Assembly: GCA_902587545.1 (NCBI GenBank)
Contig: CACILL010000001.1
Location: forward strand, 396,022-460,021
DNA from: an uncultured SAR86 cluster bacterium
GTDB taxonomy: Bacteria > Pseudomonadota > Gammaproteobacteria > Magnimaribacterales > AG-339-G14
Direction: 5' to 3'
Length of the DNA: 64,000 bases
Under the pieces are notes generated by a model. That model worked only from the letters and a program-made list of their open reading frames with translations, made no database searches and was not told the origin of the DNA. This document shows positions 45,313 to 53,698 of the stretch, in pieces (positions within the stretch are counted from its first letter, which is position 1; each line of letters begins with the position of its first letter). Made by a program: the position numbers and the translations under genes.

Positions 45313-45426
45313 ATGGATTGTGGCTGTGGAAGAAGTCCAACGGGCAAATGTATTGGTTGGCATAAACTTTCAGAAGAAGAATACGCAGAAGCTTTAAAAA
45401 AATATAAAGCTAAAGAAGCCGATTAA
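45313..45426 (+). CDS. Candidate 37-aa Cys-rich small protein (MDCGCGRSPTGKCIGWHKLSEEEYAEALKKYKAKEAD)
   Basis: I translated this by hand; it is below the ORF-track cutoff. An AGGAG site at 45301-45305 lies 7 nt upstream of the ATG and overlaps the preceding TAG stop. The CxC-x7-C-x3-H arrangement suggests metal binding. Confidence 0.45.
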   Translation: MDCGCGRSPTGKCIGWHKLSEEEYAEALKKYKAKEAD

Positions 45427-45709
45427 GTTTTAAGTTCTTCTTTTAATAATCTGCGCTTGGCAGCTGTGCCTCCAGGGGCACTGTATCCTCCTAATTTACC
45501 GTCAGACCTTATTACCCTGTGACAAGGAATTTTTATTGGATTAGGATTTTTCCCGCAAGCGTTTGCAACTGCTCTAACTGCCAAGGGGTGGCCAATAGCA
45601 TTGGCAATTTCCTTGTAAGTTTTGGTTTCTCCTTTTGGAATTTTCGAAAGTTCTCGCCATACCTTTTTTTGAAAACCGTTCCAGAACTCAAAACCAGTGG
45701 TTTTGTCAT
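45423..45709 (-). pseudogene. Methylated-DNA--protein-cysteine methyltransferase (Ogt/MGMT C-terminal domain) with start and catalytic domain in different frames
   Basis: Minus-strand hand translation gives FQKKVWRELSKIPKGETKTYKEIANAIGHPLAVRAVANACGKNPNPIKIPCHRVIRSDGKLGGYS..., open from 45719 to 45423, with no ATG/GTG/TTG near its 5' end. An ATG at 45709-45707 forms an ATGA overlap with the upstream gene's stop, but that frame terminates at 45533. The span is 287 nt, which is not a multiple of 3. Confidence 0.7.
45664..45670 (-). other. A7 homopolymer (minus-strand sense) at the frame junction of the MGMT-like gene
   Basis: The plus strand reads ACCTTTTTTTG. One extra A, or a -1 slip here, would join the ATG frame (MTKPLVLSSGTVFKK) to the KVWRELSKIP... 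catalytic frame. Confidence 0.6.
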
Positions 45710-45969
45710 CCAGACTTATCTAGTTTTTCAATGATTTCTATAACTTCATGCGCCCAATTTCCAATGATGGGAATAAACTCAAATTGAGCAAGTATTTGAA
45801 TAAAGATAGTTACTAGCACTGTGGCACCAACAACAGATCCAAGGCCAATCGCCAAACCTCTTAACAGGTTGTAGTACATAAACTTCCATGCAGATTCGTG
45901 AATTTTCATGAAGTTGTGTTCTTTTAACTCTTCCAGAGCATCGGCTAGTCTTTTTTGGTCTTCTTCCAT
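45706..45969 (-). CDS. Small membrane protein of 87 aa, DUF5665-like as I recall
   Basis: An N-terminal charged helix is followed by the hydrophobic block RGLAIGLGSVVGATVLVTIFIQIL. It is coupled by an ATGA overlap to the MGMT-like gene. Confidence 0.6.
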   Translation of the reverse strand: MEEDQKRLADALEELKEHNFMKIHESAWKFMYYNLLRGLAIGLGSVVGATVLVTIFIQILAQFEFIPIIGNWAHEVIEIIEKLDKSG

Positions 45970-46047
45970 TTTCCCCCCTAAAGTGAGCAGCTTGAATCCT
46001 TAAGAGGTAAGATTATAAAGTATTAATAAACAAAAATTAGATCGAAG

Positions 46048-46644
46048 ATGAAAAAAATTGAGTATTACCTAGATTGTAGCAGTCCTTGGACCTACCTTTC
46101 GTTTAGGGGAATTTTAGAACTTAGAAAAAATAAAGAATTTGAAATTATTTGGAAGCCCATATTGGTTGGGGGAATATTCAATTCAACAAACCCTAGCGTC
46201 TATGAAAGTAGAAAAAATCCAGTTAAAGAAAAATTGGAATATTCTCAAAAAGATATGGACGATTGGGCAAAACAAAGGGACATTGTTTTCAACTGGCCAA
46301 AAATCTTTCCAATCAATAGCGTAAAGTCTATGCGCGGTGCTTTTTACTTTATTGATAGAAACAAAGATATAGAGGAATACTTAGAAAAAGTTTTTAAAGC
46401 TTATTGGACAGAAGGTAAGGACATTTCAAGTGATGTTTGTTTGAATGAAATTGTCACTTCTCTATCGATAAAAGCTGATGATTTCTTAGAATTTATTGCA
46501 TTACCAGAAACCAAAGAAAGACTTGTAAAAAACACACAAGAATTAATGGATCGTAAAGGTTTTGGTTCGCCAACTTTCTTTTTAGAAAAAGAAGACATGT
46601 ATTTCGGTAACGATAGAATTCAGCTTATCGAAAAAAAATTATAA
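46048..46644 (+). CDS. DsbA-like 2-hydroxychromene-2-carboxylate isomerase family protein
   Basis: It has the N-terminal block IEYYLDCSSPWTYLSF and a C-terminal GSPTFFL, both typical of the HCCA isomerase/DsbA fold. Confidence 0.75.
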   Translation: MKKIEYYLDCSSPWTYLSFRGILELRKNKEFEIIWKPILVGGIFNSTNPSVYESRKNPVKEKLEYSQKDMDDWAKQRDIVFNWPKIFPINSVKSMRGAFYFIDRNKDIEEYLEKVFKAYWTEGKDISSDVCLNEIVTSLSIKADDFLEFIALPETKERLVKNTQELMDRKGFGSPTFFLEKEDMYFGNDRIQLIEKKL

Positions 46645-46647
46645 GAT

Positions 46648-47382
46648 TTATTCTTTCTCTTTTTTCTTCGCCATTTCAGCAATGCTTTTGGCATCTTGTT
46701 TAAACATGGTCTTTAAACTTTCTTTAGAAATGCCTTCACCAAAATTTCTTGCCTCCTTACCCACATCAATTCCTCTGCGAACAGCAGGCCTGGCTTTAAT
46801 TGCATCAAACCATCTACGGACGTTCTCGAATAAATCCAAATTTACTTCATATCTTTTATAGGCAGTTACCCAGGGAAAAGATGCCATGTCGGCAATGGAA
46901 TAATCACCTGCTAGATACTCTCGCTCATTCAGAATTCTATCCATTACACCAAGCAATCTATCGTATTCATTTTTGTATCTTTCTTCTGAGTACGAATGAT
47001 CTCCAGGAAAATTTGGTGCGTAGTTAACGAAATGACTTACTTGGCCGGCCATAGGTCCTAAACCACCCACTTGCCAAAACAACCACTCTAAAACCTTTTC
47101 TCTCTCTGGAGTTTTTTGGGGAAAAAATTTTCCAGCTTTTTCTCCCAGATACATCAATATGGCTCCGGACTCGAAAATGCTCATTGGCTCTCCATTAATA
47201 ATATTTTCGTGATCTACAATCACAGGCATTCTGTTGTTTGGACTAATTTTTAAAAATTCTGGGGTAAATTGATCGCCTTTGCCAAGATTTACTGGTACGA
47301 CCTGATAATCCATTTCACATTCTTCAAGCATGATGGATATTTTCCAGCCATTTGGGGTCGGAGCATAATATAAATCGATCAT
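46648..47382 (-). CDS. Glutathione S-transferase, YfcG-like (Nu class)
   Basis: The N-terminus MIDLYYAPTPNGWKISIMLEE...LGKGDQFTPEFLKISPNNRMPVIVDH closely parallels E. coli YfcG as I remember it. Confidence 0.8.
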   Translation of the reverse strand: MIDLYYAPTPNGWKISIMLEECEMDYQVVPVNLGKGDQFTPEFLKISPNNRMPVIVDHENIINGEPMSIFESGAILMYLGEKAGKFFPQKTPEREKVLEWLFWQVGGLGPMAGQVSHFVNYAPNFPGDHSYSEERYKNEYDRLLGVMDRILNEREYLAGDYSIADMASFPWVTAYKRYEVNLDLFENVRRWFDAIKARPAVRRGIDVGKEARNFGEGISKESLKTMFKQDAKSIAEMAKKKEKE

Positions 47383-47383
47383 C

Positions 47384-48583
47384 TTAAGATTCGATTATTG
47401 GGAGTTTTTGAAGACCTAAAGCCTCTCTGTACGTATTGTGATAATGATGTAATGCCGGCTCATTCCTGCCAAAAGTTAAAAAGTTTAAGTTTCCTGATTG
47501 CAATCCTTTATGTGAGGATGCCGCCGCTACATAATCTTCATCTCTGATAACGCTGCCGAAAGCGCTATAAAGTTCTTCTAAAGGATTTTGGCCTGTTTCG
47601 GGTGAAACACCCATTTTCTCTGCAGCTTCGAGGGCCTCGGGATAGAAGTAAAAGGAAATTTTTGAAACACTTTTATGTGGAGAATTTTCAAGAGGATATT
47701 CTCTTACTAGAAAAGCACCTTCCGGTGTTGGCATAAATATTATGTTTGGAAATAAATAATAGACTGGCAACGTACCGGTACAGATGTTCCAATCTTGCTC
47801 AGGCAATTTTCTCATTTCATCAATATCTCTTTTGCATAAGATCAACCTTCCATTTCTTTCAAAGCTATCAAACATCTGACAATTACCATGAAAAGACTGG
47901 AAGAGAGAATCTTTGTGTAAAACTGAAAAATGATAAGTTTCTCCAAAAGTATCAATTGCAAGTTTCCAATTCATATCAGTTTCATAGGCTTCTTCATTAG
48001 AAAGAATTAATCTGTCAAAACTCCAAGCCTTAAATTCTTTTTCTAATTTTTCACCAAGCAATTTTGACAAGTCTATTTTTCCTTCTTTATTAGGATGTAC
48101 CCATAGAAAACCATATTTTTCTATACTTGGAAGCTCAGCTAATCCGTAACAAGATTTATCGATTTTTCCAAAATGTTCGCTTTTAGGATAGCCAACGAGA
48201 GAGCCTTTGTTGTCAAAAGTCCAGCCATGAAATGGGCAGGAGAATTTTGACTTATTACCTCTTTTTTCATTTTCAATTTGAACTCCTCTGTGTGTGCAAA
48301 CATTTGCATATGCCCTAAATACTCCATTTTCATCTCGTGTGGCAATAATTGAAGAGCCAAAATCATCTGTGGTCAAAAAACTATTTGGTTCTGCCAAGTC
48401 TCCTGACATACCAATTATTTGAGGATAATCTTGAAAAAAAGATTGCCATTCAAGGTCAAACCTTTCTTTGCTGGTATAAGTATCTGATGGCGTTTGCATA
48501 ATACCGCCTGCATCTACATTGGTTTTTGCATCCAGGTGATTCAGCAAGCCTTTTAAGAGTCGTAGTTGTTCGTTCTTAAGCAT
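47384..48583 (-). CDS. Rieske [2Fe-2S] non-heme-iron oxygenase, alpha-subunit type
   Basis: It has the Rieske motif CTHRGVQ...CPFHGW followed by a catalytic-domain-sized C-terminus. Confidence 0.85.
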   Translation of the reverse strand: MLKNEQLRLLKGLLNHLDAKTNVDAGGIMQTPSDTYTSKERFDLEWQSFFQDYPQIIGMSGDLAEPNSFLTTDDFGSSIIATRDENGVFRAYANVCTHRGVQIENEKRGNKSKFSCPFHGWTFDNKGSLVGYPKSEHFGKIDKSCYGLAELPSIEKYGFLWVHPNKEGKIDLSKLLGEKLEKEFKAWSFDRLILSNEEAYETDMNWKLAIDTFGETYHFSVLHKDSLFQSFHGNCQMFDSFERNGRLILCKRDIDEMRKLPEQDWNICTGTLPVYYLFPNIIFMPTPEGAFLVREYPLENSPHKSVSKISFYFYPEALEAAEKMGVSPETGQNPLEELYSAFGSVIRDEDYVAAASSHKGLQSGNLNFLTFGRNEPALHHYHNTYREALGLQKLPIIES

Positions 48584-48638
48584 TCCAAAATGATAAATAT
48601 TTTTTTTGATTTTTCCAATTCATAGCTTATAAAAAAAC

Positions 48639-49409
48639 TTAGGGTTTTTTAAACAACAAAGTCATGCGGTCGCTTTCTCCGATAGCTAAATATTTGCCTT
48701 TATTTTTTTCTTTTAATCTTAACGACGGAGGTAAGGTCCACACCCCTTTTTCATAATTTTTTAAATCTTTAGGATTTGAATTTATTTCAGACTTCGAAAC
48801 TAAAACAAAGCCATGTTTTTTTGCCACCTCAATGGCATGTTCTTCGGTCACATATCCGCTCTTCTTCATATTTTGGATTGAAGTGCCAACTTCAGCTCTA
48901 TGCTCGACTACTCCAAAAATTCCTCCTGATTTGAGAGCTTTGAAACTATTAGCAAAAATTGTATCCATGGTGGAGCCAAGCCAATTATGTAAATTTCTAA
49001 ATGTCAAAACAGCATCCGCTGACCTAGGCTCTGTTAGCCCTGAAGTTAAGTCAACAATTTTCACACCTTCATATATTGAATTTGAATCCATTTTTTTTTC
49101 AAAATTTTTTCTGATTTTTTTTAAATAATTATTATTAGAATTCTCATCAAAATGAGCTGCTATGAGCTCTCCCGAGTTATTTAGGTAGTTAGCTAGAATT
49201 TCTGTATACCAACCTCCTCCTGGAGAAAGCTCAACCACTTTCATTGAGGGCTCTATCCCAAAAAAAGTTAAAGTTTCATAAGGATTACGAAATTCGTCTC
49301 TTATGATATTTTCAGGATTACGAAATTCGCTCTTGATGGCTGCCATGAGCTCGTCAGCAGACAAGCAGGATCCAAAGGAAAGAAGAAGCATCAGAAAAAA
49401 TTTTGCCAT
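48639..49409 (-). CDS. Class I SAM-dependent methyltransferase with an N-terminal signal peptide
   Basis: The signal sequence MAKFFLMLLLSFGSCLSA is followed by the SAM motif VVELSPGGGWYT. Confidence 0.7.
   Translation of the reverse strand: MAKFFLMLLLSFGSCLSADELMAAIKSEFRNPENIIRDEFRNPYETLTFFGIEPSMKVVELSPGGGWYTEILANYLNNSGELIAAHFDENSNNNYLKKIRKNFEKKMDSNSIYEGVKIVDLTSGLTEPRSADAVLTFRNLHNWLGSTMDTIFANSFKALKSGGIFGVVEHRAEVGTSIQNMKKSGYVTEEHAIEVAKKHGFVLVSKSEINSNPKDLKNYEKGVWTLPPSLRLKEKNKGKYLAIGESDRMTLLFKKP
49281..49329. repeat. Perfect 16-nt direct repeat (AGGATTACGAAATTCG) with 33-nt period inside the methyltransferase gene
   Basis: The copies lie at 49281-49296 and 49314-49329. They encode the duplicated peptide EFRNP, 11 codons apart. 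Confidence 0.9.
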
Positions 49410-49420
49410 GCTGGATATTA

Positions 49421-49867
49421 TTATTCTATAGGGAAGACTTTAAAACTAAGGGTACCTGCAAATAGGTCGACCTTGCCTTTAGCGTAATTCATCACGCCGT
49501 TGGTTACGCCATCCAAAGTATACATAGTCACAATGGTTCCTTCTCTTTCCCAAATACCTTGTAAGGACGCAAATCTCATCTCTCCGTCTTTATTTATCGT
49601 CCTTGCTTGACCGACAAAATCGCCAGAAGACCCTTCTGGGTTATTGGAACTAAAAGTGTGAGTCAAATAAACTTTTCCATAGCCTTCACCGACTATGCCT
49701 TCCGAGGTTATTACGCTTCCGCTTTTAGTAGCTGTCCAAGACGAAATTTTGAAATTTGCGTCGAAACTTTCGCCGCTTACTTGAAAGCCAAAAATAGATG
49801 AAATACCAAAGAGCAATATTCCAAAAGTTAAAGCTCCAATTGACTTGATTTTATTAAAAATAGACAT
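49421..49867 (-). CDS. Hypothetical secreted protein of 148 aa
   Basis: An N-terminal hydrophobic signal/anchor is followed by Gly/Ser/Thr-rich, beta-like sequence. I recognise no family. Confidence 0.5.
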   Translation of the reverse strand: MSIFNKIKSIGALTFGILLFGISSIFGFQVSGESFDANFKISSWTATKSGSVITSEGIVGEGYGKVYLTHTFSSNNPEGSSGDFVGQARTINKDGEMRFASLQGIWEREGTIVTMYTLDGVTNGVMNYAKGKVDLFAGTLSFKVFPIE

Positions 49868-49906
49868 ACTTTCTCCTATGAAAAACTAAAAATTATTAGA
49901 AGAAAA

Positions 49907-50323
49907 TTAAGAACTTTCTAAATTGTGACAATCACAATTTAATTCTTTACAAACTTTATGGTTTTTATAGTGGGCGTATATAACAAATAATGAGCCCAAT
50001 ACGGTCAAAGACTTTTCTCCTATTTCTCCAATAATACTCGCAGTGAGCACAGCAAAAGATAATAGAAGTAGGCCAAAAGAACCACAAACAAAATAAGACA
50101 GTTTATTATGGTTTTTATACCCTCTAACTAAGGCAAAAGCACTCACAGGAATAGCAACAATTAAAATTGCGTAATGAATGAACTCATTATTGATCGAAAA
50201 GGCAATAAACCAAGAAGATAAAATGAGAAAGGAAGGCATGAAAAGACAGTGCAATACACAAATTGCCGACAAGGAAATTGCCAGTTTGTCCGTAAAGAGT
50301 TGCGTGTTCATAAATTTTCCCAA
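49907..50323 (-). CDS. MerC-domain-like membrane protein
   Basis: It has 4 TM helices. The first carries CVLHCLFMP (compare CxxxCxxP in MerC-domain proteins). The C-terminal tail is Cys/His-rich (HKVCKELNCDCH). Confidence 0.55.
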   Translation of the reverse strand: MGKFMNTQLFTDKLAISLSAICVLHCLFMPSFLILSSWFIAFSINNEFIHYAILIVAIPVSAFALVRGYKNHNKLSYFVCGSFGLLLLSFAVLTASIIGEIGEKSLTVLGSLFVIYAHYKNHKVCKELNCDCHNLESS

Positions 50324-50394
50324 GAGTTGCAGTCTAAAGAAAAAACACTGTTGTTACAATTTTTTTGTACTTTGTAAATGAAAATTACAATTTA

Positions 50395-50916
50395 TTAAAC
50401 CAAACTGCTGTCGATAAGTACTGCAATCAACAAAGCGGGCTCGTTACCATGATTTACCCAAGCATGATTGGTCCTTCTTTGTACAACAACATCATGAGGC
50501 TTTAACTTAACTTCTTCTTCATCAAGAATCAGACTTACATCGCCTTTTAAAAGAATGATGTAATCAATCGTATCGGTTTCATGCATGGCAGCATTTCTGG
50601 AGGTATCCACTCTGTGATGGGCGGCGCCAATTTTTTCGAAAGCTTCTGCAGTAGCTGCTTCAATCGCTTCTTGAGGAACTCCCTCTGGAATAGGATTTAT
50701 CTGGAAATATCTAAACTTGGTTCCACTTTTAACAGGGGAAAGAAGAATATCGATATCCGCTCGATCCGTTTTTGATTTTGTATCAAAGCCAGATCCATCA
50801 GTATTCCAAATCTCAAACAGACCTCCTGCTTCTTCGCCAATTGATCTTGCTGGAGGGCCGTCTATTGAAATTACCGATTTTCCCTCTTCATTGTGGCCGG
50901 TGATAATTCTTCTCAT
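50395..50916 (-). CDS. Cupin domain protein
   Basis: It is 173 aa. The C-terminal beta-barrel-like segment has H...H residues (HETDTIDYIILLKG...NHAWVNHG). Confidence 0.6.
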   Translation of the reverse strand: MRRIITGHNEEGKSVISIDGPPARSIGEEAGGLFEIWNTDGSGFDTKSKTDRADIDILLSPVKSGTKFRYFQINPIPEGVPQEAIEAATAEAFEKIGAAHHRVDTSRNAAMHETDTIDYIILLKGDVSLILDEEEVKLKPHDVVVQRRTNHAWVNHGNEPALLIAVLIDSSLV

Positions 50917-50920
50917 TTTT

Positions 50921-52552
50921 TCAAGATGCAGAAGCTTGGTTGATTAAATCAGCAGCTTTTTCAGCAATCATAATCGATGGCGCATTGGTATTGCCTCCAA
51001 TTAAGGTTGGCATGATGGAAGCATCTACAACTCTCAGATTATCAATTCCTTTAACCCTCAAGCTGTCATCCACAACCGCCATATCATCATCGCCCATTTT
51101 GCAGGTGCCGACGGGGTGATACAAAGTCTCGCCAGTATTTCTAACCCATTCGTCAACTTCGTCATCGTTATCAACATTTAAATCAGGGCCTGGCTTAGAT
51201 TGTTCGCCACGATATTCATCAAACGCGGGCTGCAAGAATACTCTTCTGGACTCCCTAAAAGCATTTCTAGTATCAATAACATCTTGCTCTTCGGATAAAT
51301 AGTTAGGATACATGAGAGGTGCTTCACTTGGATCAGAGCTTTTGAGCTCCAAATGTCCTCTGCTTTGCGGTCTTAAAATACAAATTACCGCACTAAACCC
51401 ATGATTTTCATCAATGCCTTCCCTGCCGTGAAGATCTGGCGAATGGAAAGAGGCATAATGAATTTGCGTATCAGGTATGTCCTTTTCTGGACTTGACTTA
51501 ATGAAGGCTCCAGCGCTTGTTGGTGGGAAGGCGGCGTCTCCAGTTCCAAAGAGTAAATATTTCAAACCCGATAACTGAGTTTTTATAAAGCTAGCTGATC
51601 TATGCAAGGTCACAGGCTTTGTGCAATTGAATGAATTTACGACAGCATAGTGATCTTGTAAGTTTTTTCCGACACCTTTAAGTTCGTGGACCGTGGTTAT
51701 GCCGTGTTTTGATAAATCTACAGAATCTCCGATACCGCTGTTCATCAAAATTTGAGGTGAGTTTATTGCACCTGCGGAAAGAATGACTTCTTTATTCGCT
51801 TTTGCCGATAAAGTTTTACCTTTATGAAGGTACTCTACGCCAGTGGCCTTTTTACCCTCAAACAAAACTTTATTCACTTGAACATTCGTTTCGGCAGTTA
51901 GATTTTTTCTATTCAAGGCAGGATGCAAATAAGCTCGAGCAGAGCTCCATCTTCTAGGGCCCCATTTAGTGTCACTCATAGTATGTTCGTATCTAGAAAA
52001 TCCCTCTTGATTCTCGCCATTAAAATCGTTTGTATAAGGAAAACCTGCCTGTTGTCCCGCTTCGACAAAAACGTCTAATAATTCATCATCGGTCCTTTCA
52101 GACTTTTTTACATGCAGAGGCCCATTAAATCCATGAAAATCTTTATCTCCTTCTCCATTGAAAGATTCTGCTTTTTTGAAATATGGAAGGACATCATCAT
52201 AAGCCCAACCACTATTACCCATTTGTCTCCATAAGTCATAGTCATGTGAATGTCCTCTGATGTAGACCATGGCGTTTATTGAAGAAGAGCCACCCCAGCC
52301 TCTTCCTCTGGGCCAATAAAGCTGTCTGTTGTTGGTTGTTGGTTCTGGTTCCGTTTCAAAACCATAATTCAAATTGCTTTTAGTTGGAACAATCTGGGAA
52401 TAACCTGAAGGCATGTGAATAAAGAGATTTCTATCTTTTCCTCCTGCCTCTAAGATTAATACTGAATTCTTGCCATTTTCTGAAAGCCTGTTGGCCATCA
52501 CACATCCAGAGCTTCCAGCTCCAACAATTACATAATCAAAAGTCTTTTCCAT
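50921..52552 (-). CDS. GMC family oxidoreductase (choline/alcohol dehydrogenase-like)
   Basis: It has the FAD motif YVIVGAGSSGCVMANRL, plus GGSSSINAMVYIRG and HPVGTCKMG. Confidence 0.9.
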   Translation of the reverse strand: MEKTFDYVIVGAGSSGCVMANRLSENGKNSVLILEAGGKDRNLFIHMPSGYSQIVPTKSNLNYGFETEPEPTTNNRQLYWPRGRGWGGSSSINAMVYIRGHSHDYDLWRQMGNSGWAYDDVLPYFKKAESFNGEGDKDFHGFNGPLHVKKSERTDDELLDVFVEAGQQAGFPYTNDFNGENQEGFSRYEHTMSDTKWGPRRWSSARAYLHPALNRKNLTAETNVQVNKVLFEGKKATGVEYLHKGKTLSAKANKEVILSAGAINSPQILMNSGIGDSVDLSKHGITTVHELKGVGKNLQDHYAVVNSFNCTKPVTLHRSASFIKTQLSGLKYLLFGTGDAAFPPTSAGAFIKSSPEKDIPDTQIHYASFHSPDLHGREGIDENHGFSAVICILRPQSRGHLELKSSDPSEAPLMYPNYLSEEQDVIDTRNAFRESRRVFLQPAFDEYRGEQSKPGPDLNVDNDDEVDEWVRNTGETLYHPVGTCKMGDDDMAVVDDSLRVKGIDNLRVVDASIMPTLIGGNTNAPSIMIAEKAADLINQASAS

Positions 52553-52618
52553 AGTTTCTCTCCTTCAAAGAGATTATCAATAGGAAAAAATATGTGCAAT
52601 AGATTAATTCAGAACTTT

Positions 52619-53266
52619 TTATATGAAGTCTTTGTAATCAAAATAATTGATGCCTGCTTTTGCTTGCAGAGAATTTTTAACAACTGCGACAGAGAGTTTT
52701 TCTGCGGAAATGCTTCTAAATTTTTTTAAAGGGCCAAATAAGAAAGGATCAAATATTAAAGATACTGCATCGGCCAAAAGTATATCCAACCTGAACTTAT
52801 TTCCTGTGAGATGGCCTGGTTGAAAAATATTGGTACTTTCAAAACCAAGTTTGATTATTTCTTCTTCAAGCATACCCTTAGTTTTAAGATAGAAATTCCA
52901 AGAATTTGAATCTGCTGCTACTGCCGAAATAAGAGAAATATTTTTCGCACCTGCTTCTCTGGCTTTTTTGGCTAGTTCTAACTGATAAGTAAAATCTACC
53001 AAGAAAAAATCTTTTTTCAGGCTTGCGCTCATTAGCCCCATCACATTGAAGTAAATCAAAGGATACCCCATGGATAGGTAGACATGGTCAATATCCGGAA
53101 ACCTCAATCCTTCAAGATTATCAAAATCAATTATTAACTCTTCTGCATCATCTGGCAGATTAGAAACGGGTCTTCTGCCTAGAGCTATAGTTGGGCTTTT
53201 GTTAAAACCTAGTTCTTTGAGAATGTTATTTCCAAGGAATCCTGTTGAGCCTGCAAGTAAATTCAT
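52619..53266 (-). CDS. NAD(P)H-binding (atypical SDR-like) protein
   Basis: It has the N-terminal dinucleotide motif AGSTGFLGNNI and is 215 aa long. Confidence 0.6.
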   Translation of the reverse strand: MNLLAGSTGFLGNNILKELGFNKSPTIALGRRPVSNLPDDAEELIIDFDNLEGLRFPDIDHVYLSMGYPLIYFNVMGLMSASLKKDFFLVDFTYQLELAKKAREAGAKNISLISAVAADSNSWNFYLKTKGMLEEEIIKLGFESTNIFQPGHLTGNKFRLDILLADAVSLIFDPFLFGPLKKFRSISAEKLSVAVVKNSLQAKAGINYFDYKDFI

Positions 53267-53273
53267 TTTTGAT

Positions 53274-53672
53274 TTAAAAAAATATAATCCCTAAGGCTGG
53301 AACAATTAATCCAAGAAAACCAACAAAAGTTAATGACATGCCGCCAATCCTTAAGAATCCATTTTTCTTCATAAATGAAAATGCTATGCCATGCATCAGT
53401 CTGCCCAAAGTAAAAATAATCCCACATGCGTAAAGTAATGTTGTCGATGCATCGCTTAATTCAAGTGCCAACATTAATATCAAAAACAAAGGGGCATACT
53501 CAATCAAATTTCCATGCCCCCGAATAGCTCTTTCTAAGTCTTTTGGATCGATTTGTCTGTCAGGTTTATGAAAAGACTTCGTTACTGGGCTGCCTCTTAA
53601 GTCAAGAACCCTTACTGCAAGAACTATCATGAAAGCAGATAGGATTACGGTAAACAGAAGAGTTACTTCCAC
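53274..53672 (-). CDS. MAPEG family membrane protein (second paralog)
   Basis: It is 132 aa with 4 TM and carries the RGHGNLIEY motif. Confidence 0.65.
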   Translation of the reverse strand: MEVTLLFTVILSAFMIVLAVRVLDLRGSPVTKSFHKPDRQIDPKDLERAIRGHGNLIEYAPLFLILMLALELSDASTTLLYACGIIFTLGRLMHGIAFSFMKKNGFLRIGGMSLTFVGFLGLIVPALGIIFF

Positions 53673-53698
53673 GATACTTTACTCAATAACATTTGTAT

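Noticed and set aside
45700-45722. A non-canonical CTG or ATA start in the MGMT catalytic frame, immediately after the in-frame TAG.
   Set aside because: I considered this as an alternative to a frameshift. It has no ribosome-binding site, and a canonical ATG with an ATGA coupling overlap sits 1 nt out of frame. I kept it only as a minor alternative in the finding.
45519-45734. A 71-aa plus-strand ORF from the ORF track.
   Set aside because: The opposite strand encodes the MGMT DNA-binding/PCHR domain across the same bases, so the plus-strand ORF is its shadow.
49281-49329. A 16-nt perfect direct repeat, considered as a possible mobile-element scar or mini-array.
   Set aside because: There are only two copies. 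They are in frame, 33 nt apart, inside a coding sequence, and they encode a duplicated EFRNP peptide. This is a simple intragenic duplication.
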